In this document: piece after piece, positions 11,736 to 26,237 of the stretch
Position numbering within the stretch: position 1 is the stretch's first letter
Layout of the letters: each line of letters begins with the position of its first letter
NCBI RefSeq assembly: GCF_001194135.2
Contig: NC_068981.1
Coordinates: 171,247,411 to 171,311,410 of the forward strand
Direction of reading: 5' to 3'
DNA length: 64,000 nt
From: Octopus bimaculoides
Taxonomy: Eukaryota
Notes under the pieces: model-generated
What the model saw: the letters and a program-made list of their open reading frames with translations, nothing else
Told to the model about the DNA's origin: nothing
Databases searched by the model: none
Made by a program: the position numbers and the translations under genes

Positions 11736-14700
11736 TTGCGGATGAGGGGTACTGCAATAGGAAATCAAAGAGATTTTGGCAACAGATTACTATTGAAACG
11801 TGTGTAGTGATATTTTCAGCTACCATTTTTGTTTACTTTGCATGTATAGTGTTTGATTTATGTATGTATGTATATATGTATGTATGTATGTAGGCATGTA
11901 TATTATATATTAGGGGATAGGGTTTTGCAAAATCCAGGTGAATATTTAGTCATCAGTCCATAAAAGTCATGGCTAACAATTAAGAAAATTTTGACAAAAT
12001 CCATATAATATTTCAAACAGTAAATCCAGGGATACGTACAGCTTTTAAGGTCGGTGCATTCATCGCAGAGAATAAACGTAAGCAGAGCTAATATCCGTAA
12101 TAACATGAGTAACTGTTGGAATCCTTATGCATGCCTTTCTCCTTAAGAATAAAAGTAAAACACTTAGCAGTCTTTCTAGGTAAAATTATTTGGGATCGTG
12201 CGCCTCAAATCAAGGAATATTAGTAACACGTTATTGTTATCAATAACTCATACTGCGCTTCCGTACAAAGTGGGGCATGGTTAATTACAAACAATGTACT
12301 ATGGTGGTACGGGAGATGCATAAATGAAGGATTAGTGAATCGATATTGCCAGGACTAAATATAAAATATTCCTAAAAAGTCCGTTTAACAAAGTTAATTG
12401 AGTCAAATAATGCTATAGATTGTATTCTTAATCTCAGCTTTAATACGAACTTTATCACTGATGAATCTCTATAATGATCTCCGTATGTTCAAATTTTCAT
12501 ACGGAACTAATCCATCTATACAGTTGTTTGGGAACTGATCACATTCTCTCTAATCAAATCCACTGATATTCTTATCTTCACTTTTTCACTCTTACTTTTA
12601 TCTTGGTTTTCTCTTTATACATTTCATCATCCTATTAGTAGCATTATTCTAACAATATAGAGTGGCGCACTGCTGTCTCTTTGAACAATTTCGTTTCTAT
12701 TCCTAACTCATTGTCTCTCCAGCTTTAGTATAAATATATATACAATAAAATTGACAATTCCTGGCCTGTTATTATTTATGATCCTATTTTTCACAAATGT
12801 TTGAAAGTTGGGAAATTATAAGGTATTCTGTCTCTATAGTCTCCCTACTTAAGTGAATTGTTGCCAGAATAAGAACACTGTTTTTAATAAATTATGTTGT
12901 CTTCTCTACCCGTTCCTTTTTATCATATTTAAAAATAAACTTTTTTCTATGAAAACCATTATCACTTTCATTATAAACAATGTCAATTAGTATGTGAAAA
13001 TGGCAAGTAGAACTTGTATGTAATATCTTATTGATTTCCATCTGTTTCGTATCTATAATGTTTATCTGTATGCTTTTACTCAAGTAGGAGGTTTCGACCT
13101 TTATTAGCTTACTCTCACTAAATGGAACAACCTGGTAAGGATTCTTACAATATCTTGGTACTTGGTACACCATTGCTCCCTCCTGTGTGGAGAGGTTGTA
13201 GGCCAAAATCTACAGGGATACTGTATGTACATGTGGTATTTCTTGGAGAAAGTTTTCCAGGTGCCATTCAAATTTTATGAGAGGTATTTATCCTTTTCTT
13301 GAAGACCACATTAAATAATGCTGGATTATTTAATGTGAAAAATGCTGTTTCCGAAGGTTGTTATATGATACAAGTTTGATTTCTGAGAGGGGGAAATGCA
13401 GCTCGAGGGCCTAGCGTTGGGTGTTTTTCCATCTTGATTCCTACTTTATATAGTGGAAATTGTCCATGGAATATTGTCTACGCTGTACAATATTCAGCGG
13501 AGTTCGACAGAATTGAGCTTGGGTCTTTTAAGGTAACCACTGTGATCTAAGCTCGTCATGCCACTGTTTTTATTTTTATTTATTTATTTATGTATTTTGT
13601 AATTCACTTCAAGTATACCTCAATTCTCATATTAGTGTGTGTGTGTGGTATGGGGAGGAAACGAACAGAAGACAAAGATTATGTTATCAGGATCTCTGAA
13701 ATCATCTAAGAGCATCTTTTGTAGATCATAGTGACTTTATTTTATGCCCTTTACATTACATTGATGTCGAAAGTTACACCTTACTATCTGATACTATTAT
13801 TTAAGAAGCGTTGCCACTGAAAGTAAATATGACTGTTTATAGACATCCTGTTTTCCAAAGCGAACAAGCAAACATTTGTTTTTCTTTCTGACTTCTTCAT
13901 AAATATATTTTGATCTTTTGGGAGTGGGTGAGCTGCCTATTAAATCATTGTAAAAGAGCAAGTGCAGGTTTGCATGTTGATAATAGTCTGAAAATATTTG
14001 GGACACAAAAACTTCCTGGAATAATTAATGAAAGCAAATAATCTTCCTTTTGAAGTATTTAACGTTTAATCAAGCGATATTTCTTTATGTCTTCGATCCA
14101 AAGTGTACCCAGATATCACAATTGCTAGTGAAGATGTTGCATCTTGGAATAGTTAACGTAAAAATGTTACAGACTATTTGGAGCAACCTTTGATTAACAA
14201 ATTACATTTCTGAATTATTTAGAAATATGCTGCATACTTCTTAACGGTATTACGTGGGACAAAATTGATGCTACAATATGTTCGAAACTTTTAATACTTT
14301 GAAACAATGAGTACGCGTATGAATTCTCTTCTGAAAACGTTGAGGAATTATGAATCAGCTCTTTGGTTTCCAGTTTCTATAGTATCAAAAAAATTCAACA
14401 CAAATTTCCCAGATGAATGAACGCCTGTATATAACAGTGACAATTTCCAGATGATCCATTGCATCTTTTTCGTTGCACAGTGTAAGATATGAAAATCCAC
14501 TGTCCAATCCAGTGAATCGATGAAACATCTACAGAGATTATGAACACACAAACATTGACTTAATCGAATACATTCTCCACTCGTCAATTACACATGGGTA
14601 AAAGCTCTATATTTCTAAATATATTTTCCCAAGTAATTATGATGGCTTTTAAATTTAATGTGATGTCCTCTTTCTCAAATTTACAGTCTCGCTGTAAAAA

Positions 14701-16251
14701 AGAAGACACATTTTTGATTTTTTAATTTTCGTTCTAAATTTATTCTTGCTAGAAAATTTCCATATTACCTTGTTGATTTTAAAATCCAACAATTGTTTTA
14801 TTTTGTTTTGTGTTGTTTTTGTTTTTTCTTTTCCTTATTTAAATTTTATTTTGGTGTTTTAATGTTTTTCTACAGTAAGCGTGCTTTTACAGAACTCATT
14901 TTCATTATAAATCGTTTTATGAACAATTTCTTCTTTGCTGCATTTTTTCTACCTTATAGCAACATTCGTCTTACTCATCAAATTATTGATATATTTCTAT
15001 TAACTATTCATTGTTTACGTTGTTACATTATCTTGTTCATATGAATTCACAGGCTTTACATTATAATGTAATTGAATTCATTAATGGCTTGTCAAAACTG
15101 CGACAATACCAATTTTGAAAAAGTTGTCTAACACTAGCAACATTTAATTTATGTTTAAGGCTATGTATTGTGTACTATGTAGAGCACAGATTAGCTAAAG
15201 CTACGATGTAGTTTCAGTTCTCATTGAATCATTTACAAGTCTTATTTTTTATTTCACAAACTCTCTGATCTTGTGTCGAGATAAGAAGTCAGTTCAAAGT
15301 TTAAATATTGCAATGGTTGGCAGAATACTGTACTGAGGTTGGTAACGGATCAATGGCGTCATGCTAGTCGTTTGGTAACCTTTGACTGTAAGTTAACTAA
15401 GTAAGAAATAAGCAACAATTTCAAAGTATTGAATTCTAAAATATATTGAAATTTACGATACACTTTTAGGCTTAATCCTGACGAGAAATAAAATGTTTTT
15501 CATATTTTCTTACTAAGCCACAATTTCCATGTCTGTAAAAGAAGTAAACTTGCAGTAGTTACAGACGACGACGACGACGACGACGACGACATGGTTTCAA
15601 TTCTCGTCTGAGGACATTGTTTATACTTCATTTGCATATTTAATGCGTCTTAAAAATGTAAACAAAACACCATCACATAGAAGAAGAATACCATAATTTG
15701 ACAGGTTACCTTGCTAAATTTATTCATTGAGCTTTCTGGAAACAAATTTTCATGTTGCTTTCTACAATTTGGGGACCCGAGGAAGTTATTCATGCATCCT
15801 ATGAATAATCGCATAATGGCCAAGTCATTGGAAACGATAAAATTATGGATATTGAATTATTTTGCCTAAATACTATTTCTATTTAAATTCAGCCTAATCA
15901 CCGTTGATGTTGCATTTCATTTTTCAGAGTCGCAAATACACTGACAACTAATTATATCGCTGATGATACAATTAATGTAATTAACTTGGCGCCTTTCCAC
16001 CAAAAGTTCTCCTTTGCTTTATCATAAAAGTCAAAATATATATTCTGAAATTTTTCATTTTTGCAACTCTAAAACCTTGTCAGACTAATATCAGTCTGAT
16101 ACGCTGTAAGCGTCAAATATCAAAGAGAAAGCCCCTGCGTCGATGTATTTAACTCTATCACTTCACTAATGTTTATGAAACATCTGTGAAGCGATAGGGT
16201 TAAATTTATATTGAAGCTGCAATTATATTCTAAGATAGCAGCATTAGATTA

Positions 16252-17481
16252 TTAGGTTGTTCCGAAAATAATTGCCGCTCTAAGTTTTTGAAATGCAATT
16301 TTATCATAGTATTTTAATTGTATTTTAGGTGAATTTCGACATACTTAATAATTGATGTATGCTCTTTAATAATTTTCTACTTATTTCAGACAGAAAACAT
16401 TCTTGAAGCATAGGCGCACTTAATTATGAACATGACAAAAGGAACATTCACTTACTTTTCTTGCATGAGTTCAAACTTGGGCACAACGCTTCTCAAACTG
16501 CTGCCAATATCAACAGAGCACTGAGAGAGAGGTCCACAAGTTGTCACACAGTACGAAGGCGGTTTCAGAAATTTCGTAGTGGTGATGAGAGCCTTGAAGA
16601 TGAAGAATATAGAGAACGGTCATGCAGTCTTGACAATGAACAATTAAAAGCAATTGTTGAACAAAACCCAAAGTGTCAGAGGAATGTCTCAGGCACTTGG
16701 TGTCGGTATTGCAACGGTCTCACATAATCTGCAGAGGATTAGTAAAGTGAAAAAGCTCGATAAATGCTCACCGCATGAGTTCAAGGAAAATCAAAAAGTT
16801 CGGCGTTTTAAAGTGCGCTCGATGCTCTTTCTGCGAAACACCAATGATCCTTTTCTTGACTGAATAGACGCTTTTGAAGAAAAATCGATCCTTCATGATA
16901 AGCGTAAACGATCATGTCAATGGCTTGATCGTGATGACTCCTCCAAACATTTCTCAAAGCCAAAGTTGCATCAGATACTGGTGAGTTTCTGGTGGTCTGC
17001 AATTGGTGTTGTCCATTACAGTTTTCTGGAAGCCTATCAGAGCATTACAGCAGAGTTTTACTACAATCAACTCGCTGAAACACATGCTCACTTGCAAAAA
17101 GTGAGAGCTGCATTGGTGAATCGGCATGGCCCAATTCTGCTCCACGATAATGCAAAGCCACATGCTGGAAGGATGATGCTGCAGAAACTCACAGACTTGG
17201 ACTACGAGATTTTACCACATCCTCCATATTCTCTTGATCTTTCACCCACTGACTTCCGTTTTAAGTGATAAAAGTTTCAGGTCCAAACCACAGATGTAAT
17301 CAGCTTTCAAAGATTTCTGAGCATCAAAGCCAATAAGTTTTTATCAATGAGGTATAAATAATCTCGTTGATCTATGGCAGAGATGCATAGATGTTCACAG
17401 CTCAATGAAAACATTTCTATTGTTAATTTTTGCAGAATAAAATTGTTTCTGAAATCGGCCATTATTTTTGGAACAACCTAA
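16252..17481 (+). mobile_element. Full-length mariner (Hsmar1/cecropia-like), inactive
   Basis: TIRs TTAGGTTGTTCCGAAAATAATTGCCG and TTAGGTTGTTCCAAAAATAATGGCCG (right end, reverse-complemented), with TA on both flanks. Confidence 0.95.
16426..17410 (+). pseudogene. Mariner D,D34D transposase pseudogene
   Basis: HEFKLGHNASQTAANINRA (HTH), WWSAIGVVHYSFL, LLHDNAKPH, HPPYSLDLSPTDF; several frameshifts and stops. Confidence 0.92.
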
Positions 17482-18424
17482 TAGTTATTGGATTCTAATA
17501 CAAACGATTTTGTGTGGAATAAGTAAGACTAAATTTCATCCATAGACGTTAATTATCAAATTTAGAAGCATCAAAGTTAGTGTTTTACACGGTATGTTAA
17601 TTTATTGGTATTACACTGGTTTTCATCATGTTATTAAACGGAATTCGTAACCGTCAGTTGCAAACCTTCCACAATAAATAAATTGGCAATGTAGTTCTTT
17701 TTCAAAAGCACCCCCTGTCTGCACCGTATTTTATATATAGAATATTTACCTGTCATTTCTGTGATATGTGTGATTTAAAAGCGATGTGGCTGATACATAT
17801 TGCAAATAAAGCCACATAGAAGTGTCTATTTCATACAAAATATGTGCAACTCTCTCCTGAAAGACTATGTGAAAAAAATAATAATTTGTATCTCATTCAG
17901 TAGCACTTTAGATAACAGAGGGAACCTCTACGCGATCGATCCATGTGCCAGAAATAGCTGCAAGTTCTCCTTCAAATAGTGCATGCCGTATGAGCTGAAA
18001 GAGGCATTGGATAATGTATTCGTAAAAAGACAGGGCGGAAAAGCTTGGTTATATTTGGGATTAAGGAATAACAACATCATTTCAATGGAACCCATACTAT
18101 TTCGCCTACGTTGCTATAAATAACTGCCTGATATCTGTAAACCACACATCTTCTGCATATAATATTACGTTGGAGTGAACATAGGAAAGCTGCGATGACC
18201 TTTTGAAGAAGCGGACGGACCTTCACAGGATATGTTGAACGTAGCAGAAATGAAGAATATTGAAAATGCTCAAGGAAACTGTTGGAAAGGTACCTTACAG
18301 ATAGTTAGTTATTATCTGCTCATGCTGCCTGCTGAAAATATGCATTATATATTGATGGAGGGAGAGAAGAAGGAGAGATGGGATTGAGGGAGGGGAGGGG
18401 AGAGAGAGGGAGAGACAGCCAGAC

Positions 18425-18441
18425 ATTGATAGATAGATAGG

Positions 18442-18486
<45 letters not shown>

Positions 18487-18487
18487 T

Positions 18488-18546
<59 letters not shown>
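18425..18546. repeat. (GATA)n microsatellite
   Basis: Directly visible. Confidence 0.97.
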
Positions 18547-21146
18547 GGCTATGTATATATATATATGGATACATATATAAGGATCTTACAGGCGAGTAAC
18601 CTTTGACTTTTTAAGTCGAAGTGAGGGTTAACCCAATATCTATACGCTATTATTTATAGCTTCTCTGCTTTGGGTTTCACCGTTCCAAATAAGAATATAA
18701 AAATATTAGGAGAGGGAGAGAGACTTAGAGAGAGTCAGAGTGATAATTCTGTAGCAAAATATATAAATATATATACATATATGCAAGAACACACGCACAC
18801 GCACACAGACAAACACACTGACACAAAAACGCTCGCGCGCGCACTCACACACACACACATACATATATATACATACATGTCTTCCCTTACGGCGTCCTTT
18901 TATGTATAGCGCTTCTCGAATCAGGTTCTTTATTTGTGCATGCATGTGATAACTGAATGTCTGTTTACGTGCCTCCATCTACAATTAGCGTACAAAAATA
19001 TATTTTATATGAAAACGTACTAGAATATTTGTTTCTTTTCTTTCTTCTTATTTCTCTCTCTATCTCACCCTGCTTTTTATCTTTTTGTTGTGTTTAAAAT
19101 TCCTAAAAGGGTTATTGACGCTTCATTAGGAAGCAGTTGCAAAGAGTGCACAATGGACGTTAAATAATAGCAAACTTCTTCAAATAATATCTTCACAACT
19201 TTTCTGTCAATACCGGTTACCAAACTGAAGAAATTCACTACATACAGCTGGCATTTTTCTCTTTTCAGTAAAATACAAAAGTTTTCTGCATACATCTAGC
19301 ACAAGCATAATTTAATTACATAACTCGTTTCAATTAAATTAGAATACTCTATTTAGACAATTATTGTAGAAAATATTTTCTATAAAACTCAGATATGTCT
19401 CACACAATAATTTTCTTTTTACTCATATCTTTTCAAGCAGCATTATTTACAAATGGTTATGTTATTTATTAATTGCTCTATTTTAACACATCTCTGTTCA
19501 TATATAACTGTTGGGGGTTGAGTGTTCTAACACATTTTATGATTAAATTGTTCTGGTATGTATTTAAACTAGAGCTTTTATTCTTTTATTTTTTCCTTTA
19601 AATGAATATCACATACCATTTCAAAATTATCTTTCGTGGTCTTTCACAACTCCTTGTCAAATTCATTACGTATCCAAGGATTTTATATATCATCCCTTTA
19701 AAAATCTGAAAATTTGAAGTACACTTATAAACACTATATGTTTAGAGAAATTACATTTCAAAAATAAATTTCATGAACTTCACCTCTTCTTTAGTGATAG
19801 AAACTTTATCAGCCTATTTTACAAGTTTGCTATTATTTAATGGTTTTTTTGTACACTCATTGACACTGCATGCAAATGAAATATCATTTAAACGGAGAAG
19901 CAATATATAATTCATTTGCAATTCTAGTGCAGTAATGAATGTAAGATCAAATAATTCATTTTCAAGCATATGTTTAGGGTGTTATCACACTGTGCAGCAA
20001 CCTGGACAAGGGACTTTTGCATAAACTTGAGCTGAACAATAACTTGTGACTATACTTTTTAAGAGAGAGAATGTATGCCCGTGATGCTGGTATATCTTTT
20101 AGCGACACATATCAGTTAAATATGTAAACAACGAGAAAACTGAACAATTTCCTTGGTATATTTTTCTACATGGAGTTAAATGTACTAAAAATATTCGCCT
20201 GTCTCTCGCCAGGATATCAATGTATGTATGAGTGTATATTTATGTGAAACTTTCTGCGTATATATATACACACATATGAGTGAGTGTGTGTGTTTGAGAG
20301 AGAGAGAGAGAGAGATAGACGTGTGTGTATGTGTGTGCATGTTTGTGTATTTGCATAATGGTGTGTGTGTCTTTAAGCTATAATCACTGCTTTTCTTCGG
20401 GATAATCATGGATTTCAGTTGACAGATCAAATTCTGCAACAATATTGTTGACGGCTATCTTTTCTGCAATCAATATATGATAATTGTAGAAGTGTGTATC
20501 CGATTCTTTAACGAATCTTATCTGATCATTCTAGTGACACGTGCAGGATTTCCCTTTCAAGTATTTGATGCTTCTGTCGGAAAATTGGTGCCATTTCTTA
20601 TTCTCATTGACACAAATATGTAGCTTTTGTGAATATTGCATTCGTATTGGGCACATTATTTGAACGAAGAATATTATTTAGCTACTCTCAATTGAATATA
20701 TATTAAGTTTACCTCCTTATACAGCTCTTATTTTATTCTATCTTCCTTGTAATCATATTTTTATTGAAAACGTGTTCACTTTTCACAATATGTACATGAG
20801 AATATAGGGACTGCGTGTTCTCGTTTCTTAATAACTGAACCTATTTTAGTGTGATATAAATTTCGAATTTTGAGGCACTTAATTTTGTTTTTGTCATCTG
20901 ATAGGCACTGAGCTTTCAAGTGGTTTAATTGATTTTTTCCTAACTGAGCTAAAATTTCATATTCGTTCCGAATGAGCCTTTTATTCTTTATATCATACGA
21001 ATAGTTATGAAAGAAGCTTACTAATTTTATAAATATCAGAGAGAGAAGCGAACTGACTGTATTTCTCATATTTTGGGATTTAGTTTTGCATTTTATATAT
21101 GAGCCCAAAAAGATTACACTAAGTACATGATTTCATTCGTGATATA

Positions 21147-21153
21147 AGTGTAT

Positions 21154-21215
<62 letters not shown>

Positions 21216-21216
21216 C

Positions 21217-21263
<47 letters not shown>

Positions 21264-21284
21264 TACATAGATTGACAGACAAAC

Positions 21285-21341
<57 letters not shown>
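21147..21341. repeat. (GATA)n-(GACA)n-(GATA)n microsatellite
   Basis: Directly visible. Confidence 0.97.
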
Positions 21342-21342
<1 letters not shown>

Positions 21343-22520
21343 GGTTATCCAAAACGTCAGTTCGTATCTTTTAAACAAAAATAAAGACAAATTTTAAATA
21401 CAAGACGATTTATTCTATCAATGACATAATTATCATTACGTTCCTCTAACTACTACGATCTTCTGGACAGAATTCTTATTGCTTGCTCAAAGAATTTTTT
21501 GCCTTCACTAGCGAAAAAAATCTTGTAGATGAATTTTTACATCTTCAATTAATTTTTAAGAGACCGAAACAGGAGGAAATATGGAGGCGCAAGGAATATA
21601 GAGGATGCTGTAAAACATCCCTGCCAGACTCCATAAGTTCTGTCGCGTCTGCAAAGTGTGCGGTCTGTCACTCTCATGTTGAAAGCCATACCTTTACGAT
21701 AAGCAATTACTGGACGCTTCTAGAGGATCACTGCATTTAGTTTGTCCATTTCGTAACAGTACGCATCCAATTTGATGGTCTTCTGTGTGGGAAGAAACCT
21801 GTAAAAGACGATACCTGTCCAGCATAACATTCTTCAGACAGAGTTCTGTTTTGGACGTTTTTTGTGGTGGTTTGGAATGCTTCACCACCCGTGATTCTTT
21901 GCATTTCAAATTGATATAGCCAATCCATTTTTCTTCCCCTGTCACCATTCTCTTCAAAAAACGATCGTTTTCTTTACGTTTCTGCAACGACCACTGGGAG
22001 AGGTTAACTTTTTTCAATTTATGTGGTACCCAAACAATGAGTCTGCTGATCTAAGTTGATGCAAATGATTTTTAAACTCTTGATTTAGATATATGGAGAA
22101 TATCTGCAATTATCATTGTTCTATAATGAGGCCTTGTGTTGACTCATTCATTTTATCGCTGTTAATCTCAGTTGACCGACCAGGGTGCGGTGCATCTTGA
22201 ACCGAAAATGTCCCGATCGAAATCTTGAAATACACTTCTGGCAAACACGTTCCGCATCAGAATCCTCTCTGTGCATATCTTCCTAAAGGTTTCCAGTGCT
22301 TTCTTGCCTTTTCAAAATAACAAAAAGCACAGTGTATCGATAATGAACGTTTCGGTGGTCCGCTCACAATATACAACCTGTCGCGTGGCATGTTTGCGTC
22401 GAACTAGGTTGAAGTGTCAAGTATCTAATGAGCGCATATGTACAAGAGACTGGCTGAACTTAACTAGTGAGCAGACTGAAATTTAATGCTGGCAAAAACC
22501 GGATTTTTGGCCAACACAAT
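21342..22520 (-). mobile_element. Decayed mariner element
   Basis: Minus strand ENDRFLKRMVTGEEKWI (first catalytic D region), RKGMAFQHESDRPHT and a frameshifted HPPYS-like region; ends resemble degenerate mariner TIRs. Confidence 0.8.
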
Positions 22521-22969
22521 TGTGTGTGTATGTGTCCTTATATTAAAGCAAACCCGATGTTATCCGAGGAAAATAGACTCGACGTTTCAAGTTGACGTGA
22601 TGCAAAAATCACAGAGGGGTCTCCATGAGAAAATAAATAACCAACGGAAGTACATGCTCATAATATTAATTTGACACTGCAATAAAGGAAACGAAAATGT
22701 AGATGATTCTAAGTTTCAGACAGGTTCGCATCTTCAAAGATAAAAATAAAGGGTAGGAAATGGCAGCGAACAAAAGGAAGGGAAAGAAAATTGTTCTGAT
22801 GAATGGAATGCACGCTTACTTTGTTAAGTGGCAGGTTACATAGTAGAAGAGTGAGATGTAGGGAGTGAAATGAGATTTAAAAGTCATAAGAGTGATTGTA
22901 AAGGAAGATAATCAGTGAACGAACGGACGGTGCATATGAGATACTGTGTAAGTACATGTTATGATGCTA

Positions 22970-22997
22970 TGTGTGTATATATGTGTGTGAGTGTGTG

Positions 22998-23042
<45 letters not shown>

Positions 23043-23065
23043 TTATATGCGTGTGTGTGTGTACT
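22970..23065. repeat. (TG)n microsatellite
   Basis: Directly visible. Confidence 0.95.
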
Positions 23066-23672
23066 TGCTTTGTTCGAGTTCATGTATGTTTCTATGTGTG
23101 TTCTGTGTGAGTGTCTGGTTATGACTGTGAGACGATGCGCATGTATGATAGGTGTGTGAAACTGCGTTTTGTAGTAAAATGTATGTGTTGTATAAAACTT
23201 TACTGGTGTTACATATATAGGTATTATAACTGAAGTAACGTAATTTGTGTCACATACAACTGAGAAAAGTTACTTGCTTATTTAACCCATAGACTTCAAC
23301 AGTTCTTGTTGAAAAATGAAATTAATGTTCGAATTGGAAACCGTAGTATAGAATGATAACAGGAAAATGCCTGCCTTTGTTTAGACAAGTGGATATCTTA
23401 TACGTTTGGGGCGTTAGTATAAATAGCACTTCATCGTCCGTTACCCACCACTTTCAATCATTACTATTGCTCTACAGTGGGTTATTCCAATATGTTTGTT
23501 CCAATATGAGAAACAAATTATTTTCTCCTTCAAACACTCAAACCGAAGAGTTTAATAATCAGCGATCGTACGTGAAGAATACATGTCCAAACAAGCGCAT
23601 AAGTGGACAGGCGTGCACACACACACACGCACTCACACACACATTATGTTGTTAATCATATAACAGCTGTAA

Positions 23673-23711
<39 letters not shown>

Positions 23712-24173
23712 GCACCACAGTATTTCACTGTACGATCCACTCTAGAAACGACATTGTAATGCATGCTGTGCATGCATTACATATAGTACCTATACAAAAC
23801 GTTTCCTACAAATACACACGGATCCAAATAGTATTATGTTACTTATATATAAACAACTACAAGGACACAAAAATATAAATCGATAAATATAACAAGCACA
23901 GTTACATAGTATCGCATTTATATGCAGACAAATCACAAGCTTATTACCGGTCTTACTACGTCTCACATGTCTAAAAACACTTTTACCTCTATTTATCAAT
24001 TCCGACTGCCATTCTTTCACAGAATGCCACGGAACTAAATAGCTGCGGATTCGTTTTCAAGAACGATTTTTGTCCTCTTGCTTTTCTTTTGTTCATTCTA
24101 TCTCCTTCTTTTCTTGTTTTACGTAAAGAGAGAACATATGACCAAGCGAAGAACACTTTCACCTTTTATTTAT

Positions 24174-26180
24174 ACTAGCAGAAAGACCGCCCTCTGGCCG
24201 GTTTTCTGCTAACCACTTGATAATATTTTCACATTTGATTCCCAATTCTAATAATTTTATGATATTTTAAGTCTAATTATTTCTGTGTATAATAGTGCTC
24301 ACTTGCTTAGGAAATATTACTTTCATTATTTTATCACAGTCATAATATCTCTTTTTCAAACAAATATCAAGGTAGGCCAAGTATAGAGGGAGAAGCATTT
24401 TATGAAGTTTTACCTTCCTCTCAAAGCAACAAAGAGATTTCAATTCAACAACCCATCTGTAAGCTTATCAGTTTGTATGTGTTTCTGAGAGAGAGAGGGA
24501 GTGTGGGGAACATACATTACTCAAGTTCCAGAGATGGTTTTAGACTCTTAAATACTTTCACATCATGAGTAACGGGCCCCCTGGCTAGTTAGAACGGGAA
24601 AGCACCCGTTCTAACTAGCTAGCTTTCTCTAACTAGCTAGCTCTCTCTCTCTCTCCCCCCTCTCTCTATATTTCACTTACTCCCTATTGTTTTCACTTTC
24701 ATTTTTCAGACGTTATTGTTTTCACTATGTTCAATCGCTATTGTTCTCACTGCATGTTTCCAATCGCTATTTACAAGCAACAACGACAAATTACTGACAG
24801 AAAGAAGTTCACTATTACTGATGAAAGTAATTTCATACATAATTTACCGACAGAAGTAAGTTTATAAATTTCACTTCAATCCGTGCACTTCTTAAATCTG
24901 CCTACAAATTTCTTATTTATTTTGCAACATTTTGTGGCGGGGTGGTTTGTTGTTGACAGAATTACTGATAAAAGTAAGTTCCTAATTTACTGACAGAAGT
25001 AACTTCAAAAATTTCACTTAAATCCGTACACTTAGTTAATTTCTTATTTACTAAAAACTTCTTATTTACTTTTGCAACGGTTTTGTGTTTTTTCTGTTGT
25101 TAACGGGCTTTTTTCTGGTTCCTTCGATACTGACAAATTTCACTTCAACCCGTACAACTCTTCATTTTCCATAAAAAAGTTCTTATGTACTTTCTGCCCG
25201 TCGTATAAAGAAATATAATTTCCGTTACCCAGTTATTTTCATTGTTTACCCGGGTATTTCTATATATGTATATAAGCATGTCTGGAAGGAAAGTGTTAAA
25301 GTTGTCTACAATGTTAAGGTCAGCCAAAAGAATTTCTCTGTCCAGGGAAAGAGATACAGCTGCAGAAATGGAAGCATACCAAGAAACGAACAGACTGTGC
25401 AACGACAAAAGCCAGAGCATATCAAAGTGATGAACAGAGATATACACGGCTGACAAGGAATAAGATCTCCACTGCAGAATGAAGAGCAGTCGCAACAGCT
25501 CTGAGAAGCAACTTCTATGAAGCAGCTTTCAATTATGATCCAGCAGTTCATTATGTAGATGACATTAGAGTTTCCATTGGTGCAATGACAACTGAGTGCG
25601 TACATTGTAAAGCAAGGATGTGGCCTGAAGAGACATATGCACTGTCCTGCAATGGTGGAACGGTTAAACTCTCTGCAATCCCCCAACCTTCAGAGCCATT
25701 GAAGAAACTGTTGTCATCAACTGACCAAGATTGGAAGCACTTCCGAAACAAAATTAGACAGTACAACGCTGCATTACAGATGACATTGGAAGCCACATGA
25801 GATTTAACTGAACCAGGAATCATGCAGACTATCAAGATCCAAAGAAGATTTATCATCGGATGGGCTCTCTACTAACCCTGTCAAATGAATCACCAAAATC
25901 GGCCGCTCACTTTTTATAATCTGTACCTGTTTTTTGGTTACGAAATAAGCTACAGAAAACGTAATTTTGAATTACGTCTATTTACTTTATATACATATAT
26001 GAGTTCGAAACTTTCTTTTAACATTTCACTTAACGTCTATGTTCCATGGCGGCATGGGTTGGAGAGTTATTAATGTAGAAGTTATCTCAGCTACTAGCAG
26101 TTGAGACCTGCGTAATCTAGACGGTGTTTTTAAATTTCATTATTCTCTTTAACCCGGGCAACGCTGGGTATTCCTGCTAA
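24174..26180 (+). mobile_element. Non-autonomous Helitron derivative (5' boundary uncertain)
   Basis: Internal RepHel N-terminal remnant. 3' end has the hairpin CCCGGGCAACGCTGGG (26153-26168) followed by CTGCTAA|T, resembling the Helitron CTRR|T terminus. Repetitive TTACTGACAGAAGTAA motifs at 24790-25160. Confidence 0.65.
25480..25890 (+). pseudogene. Helitron RepHel N-terminal fragment
   Basis: NFYEAAFNYDP...SIGAMTTECVHCKARMWPEETYALSCNGGTVKLSAIPQPSEPLKKLL...HFRNKIRQYNAALQMT matches the Helitron CxxC/CCxxGxVxL and FxxNIRxYNxAFQMTS motifs. Confidence 0.85.
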
Positions 26181-26189
26181 TATATATAT

Positions 26190-26237
<48 letters not shown>

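Noticed and set aside
12892-13500. 104-aa minus-strand ORF and GC-richer flank
   Set aside because: No recognisable motif; possibly an old LINE fragment but not supportable.
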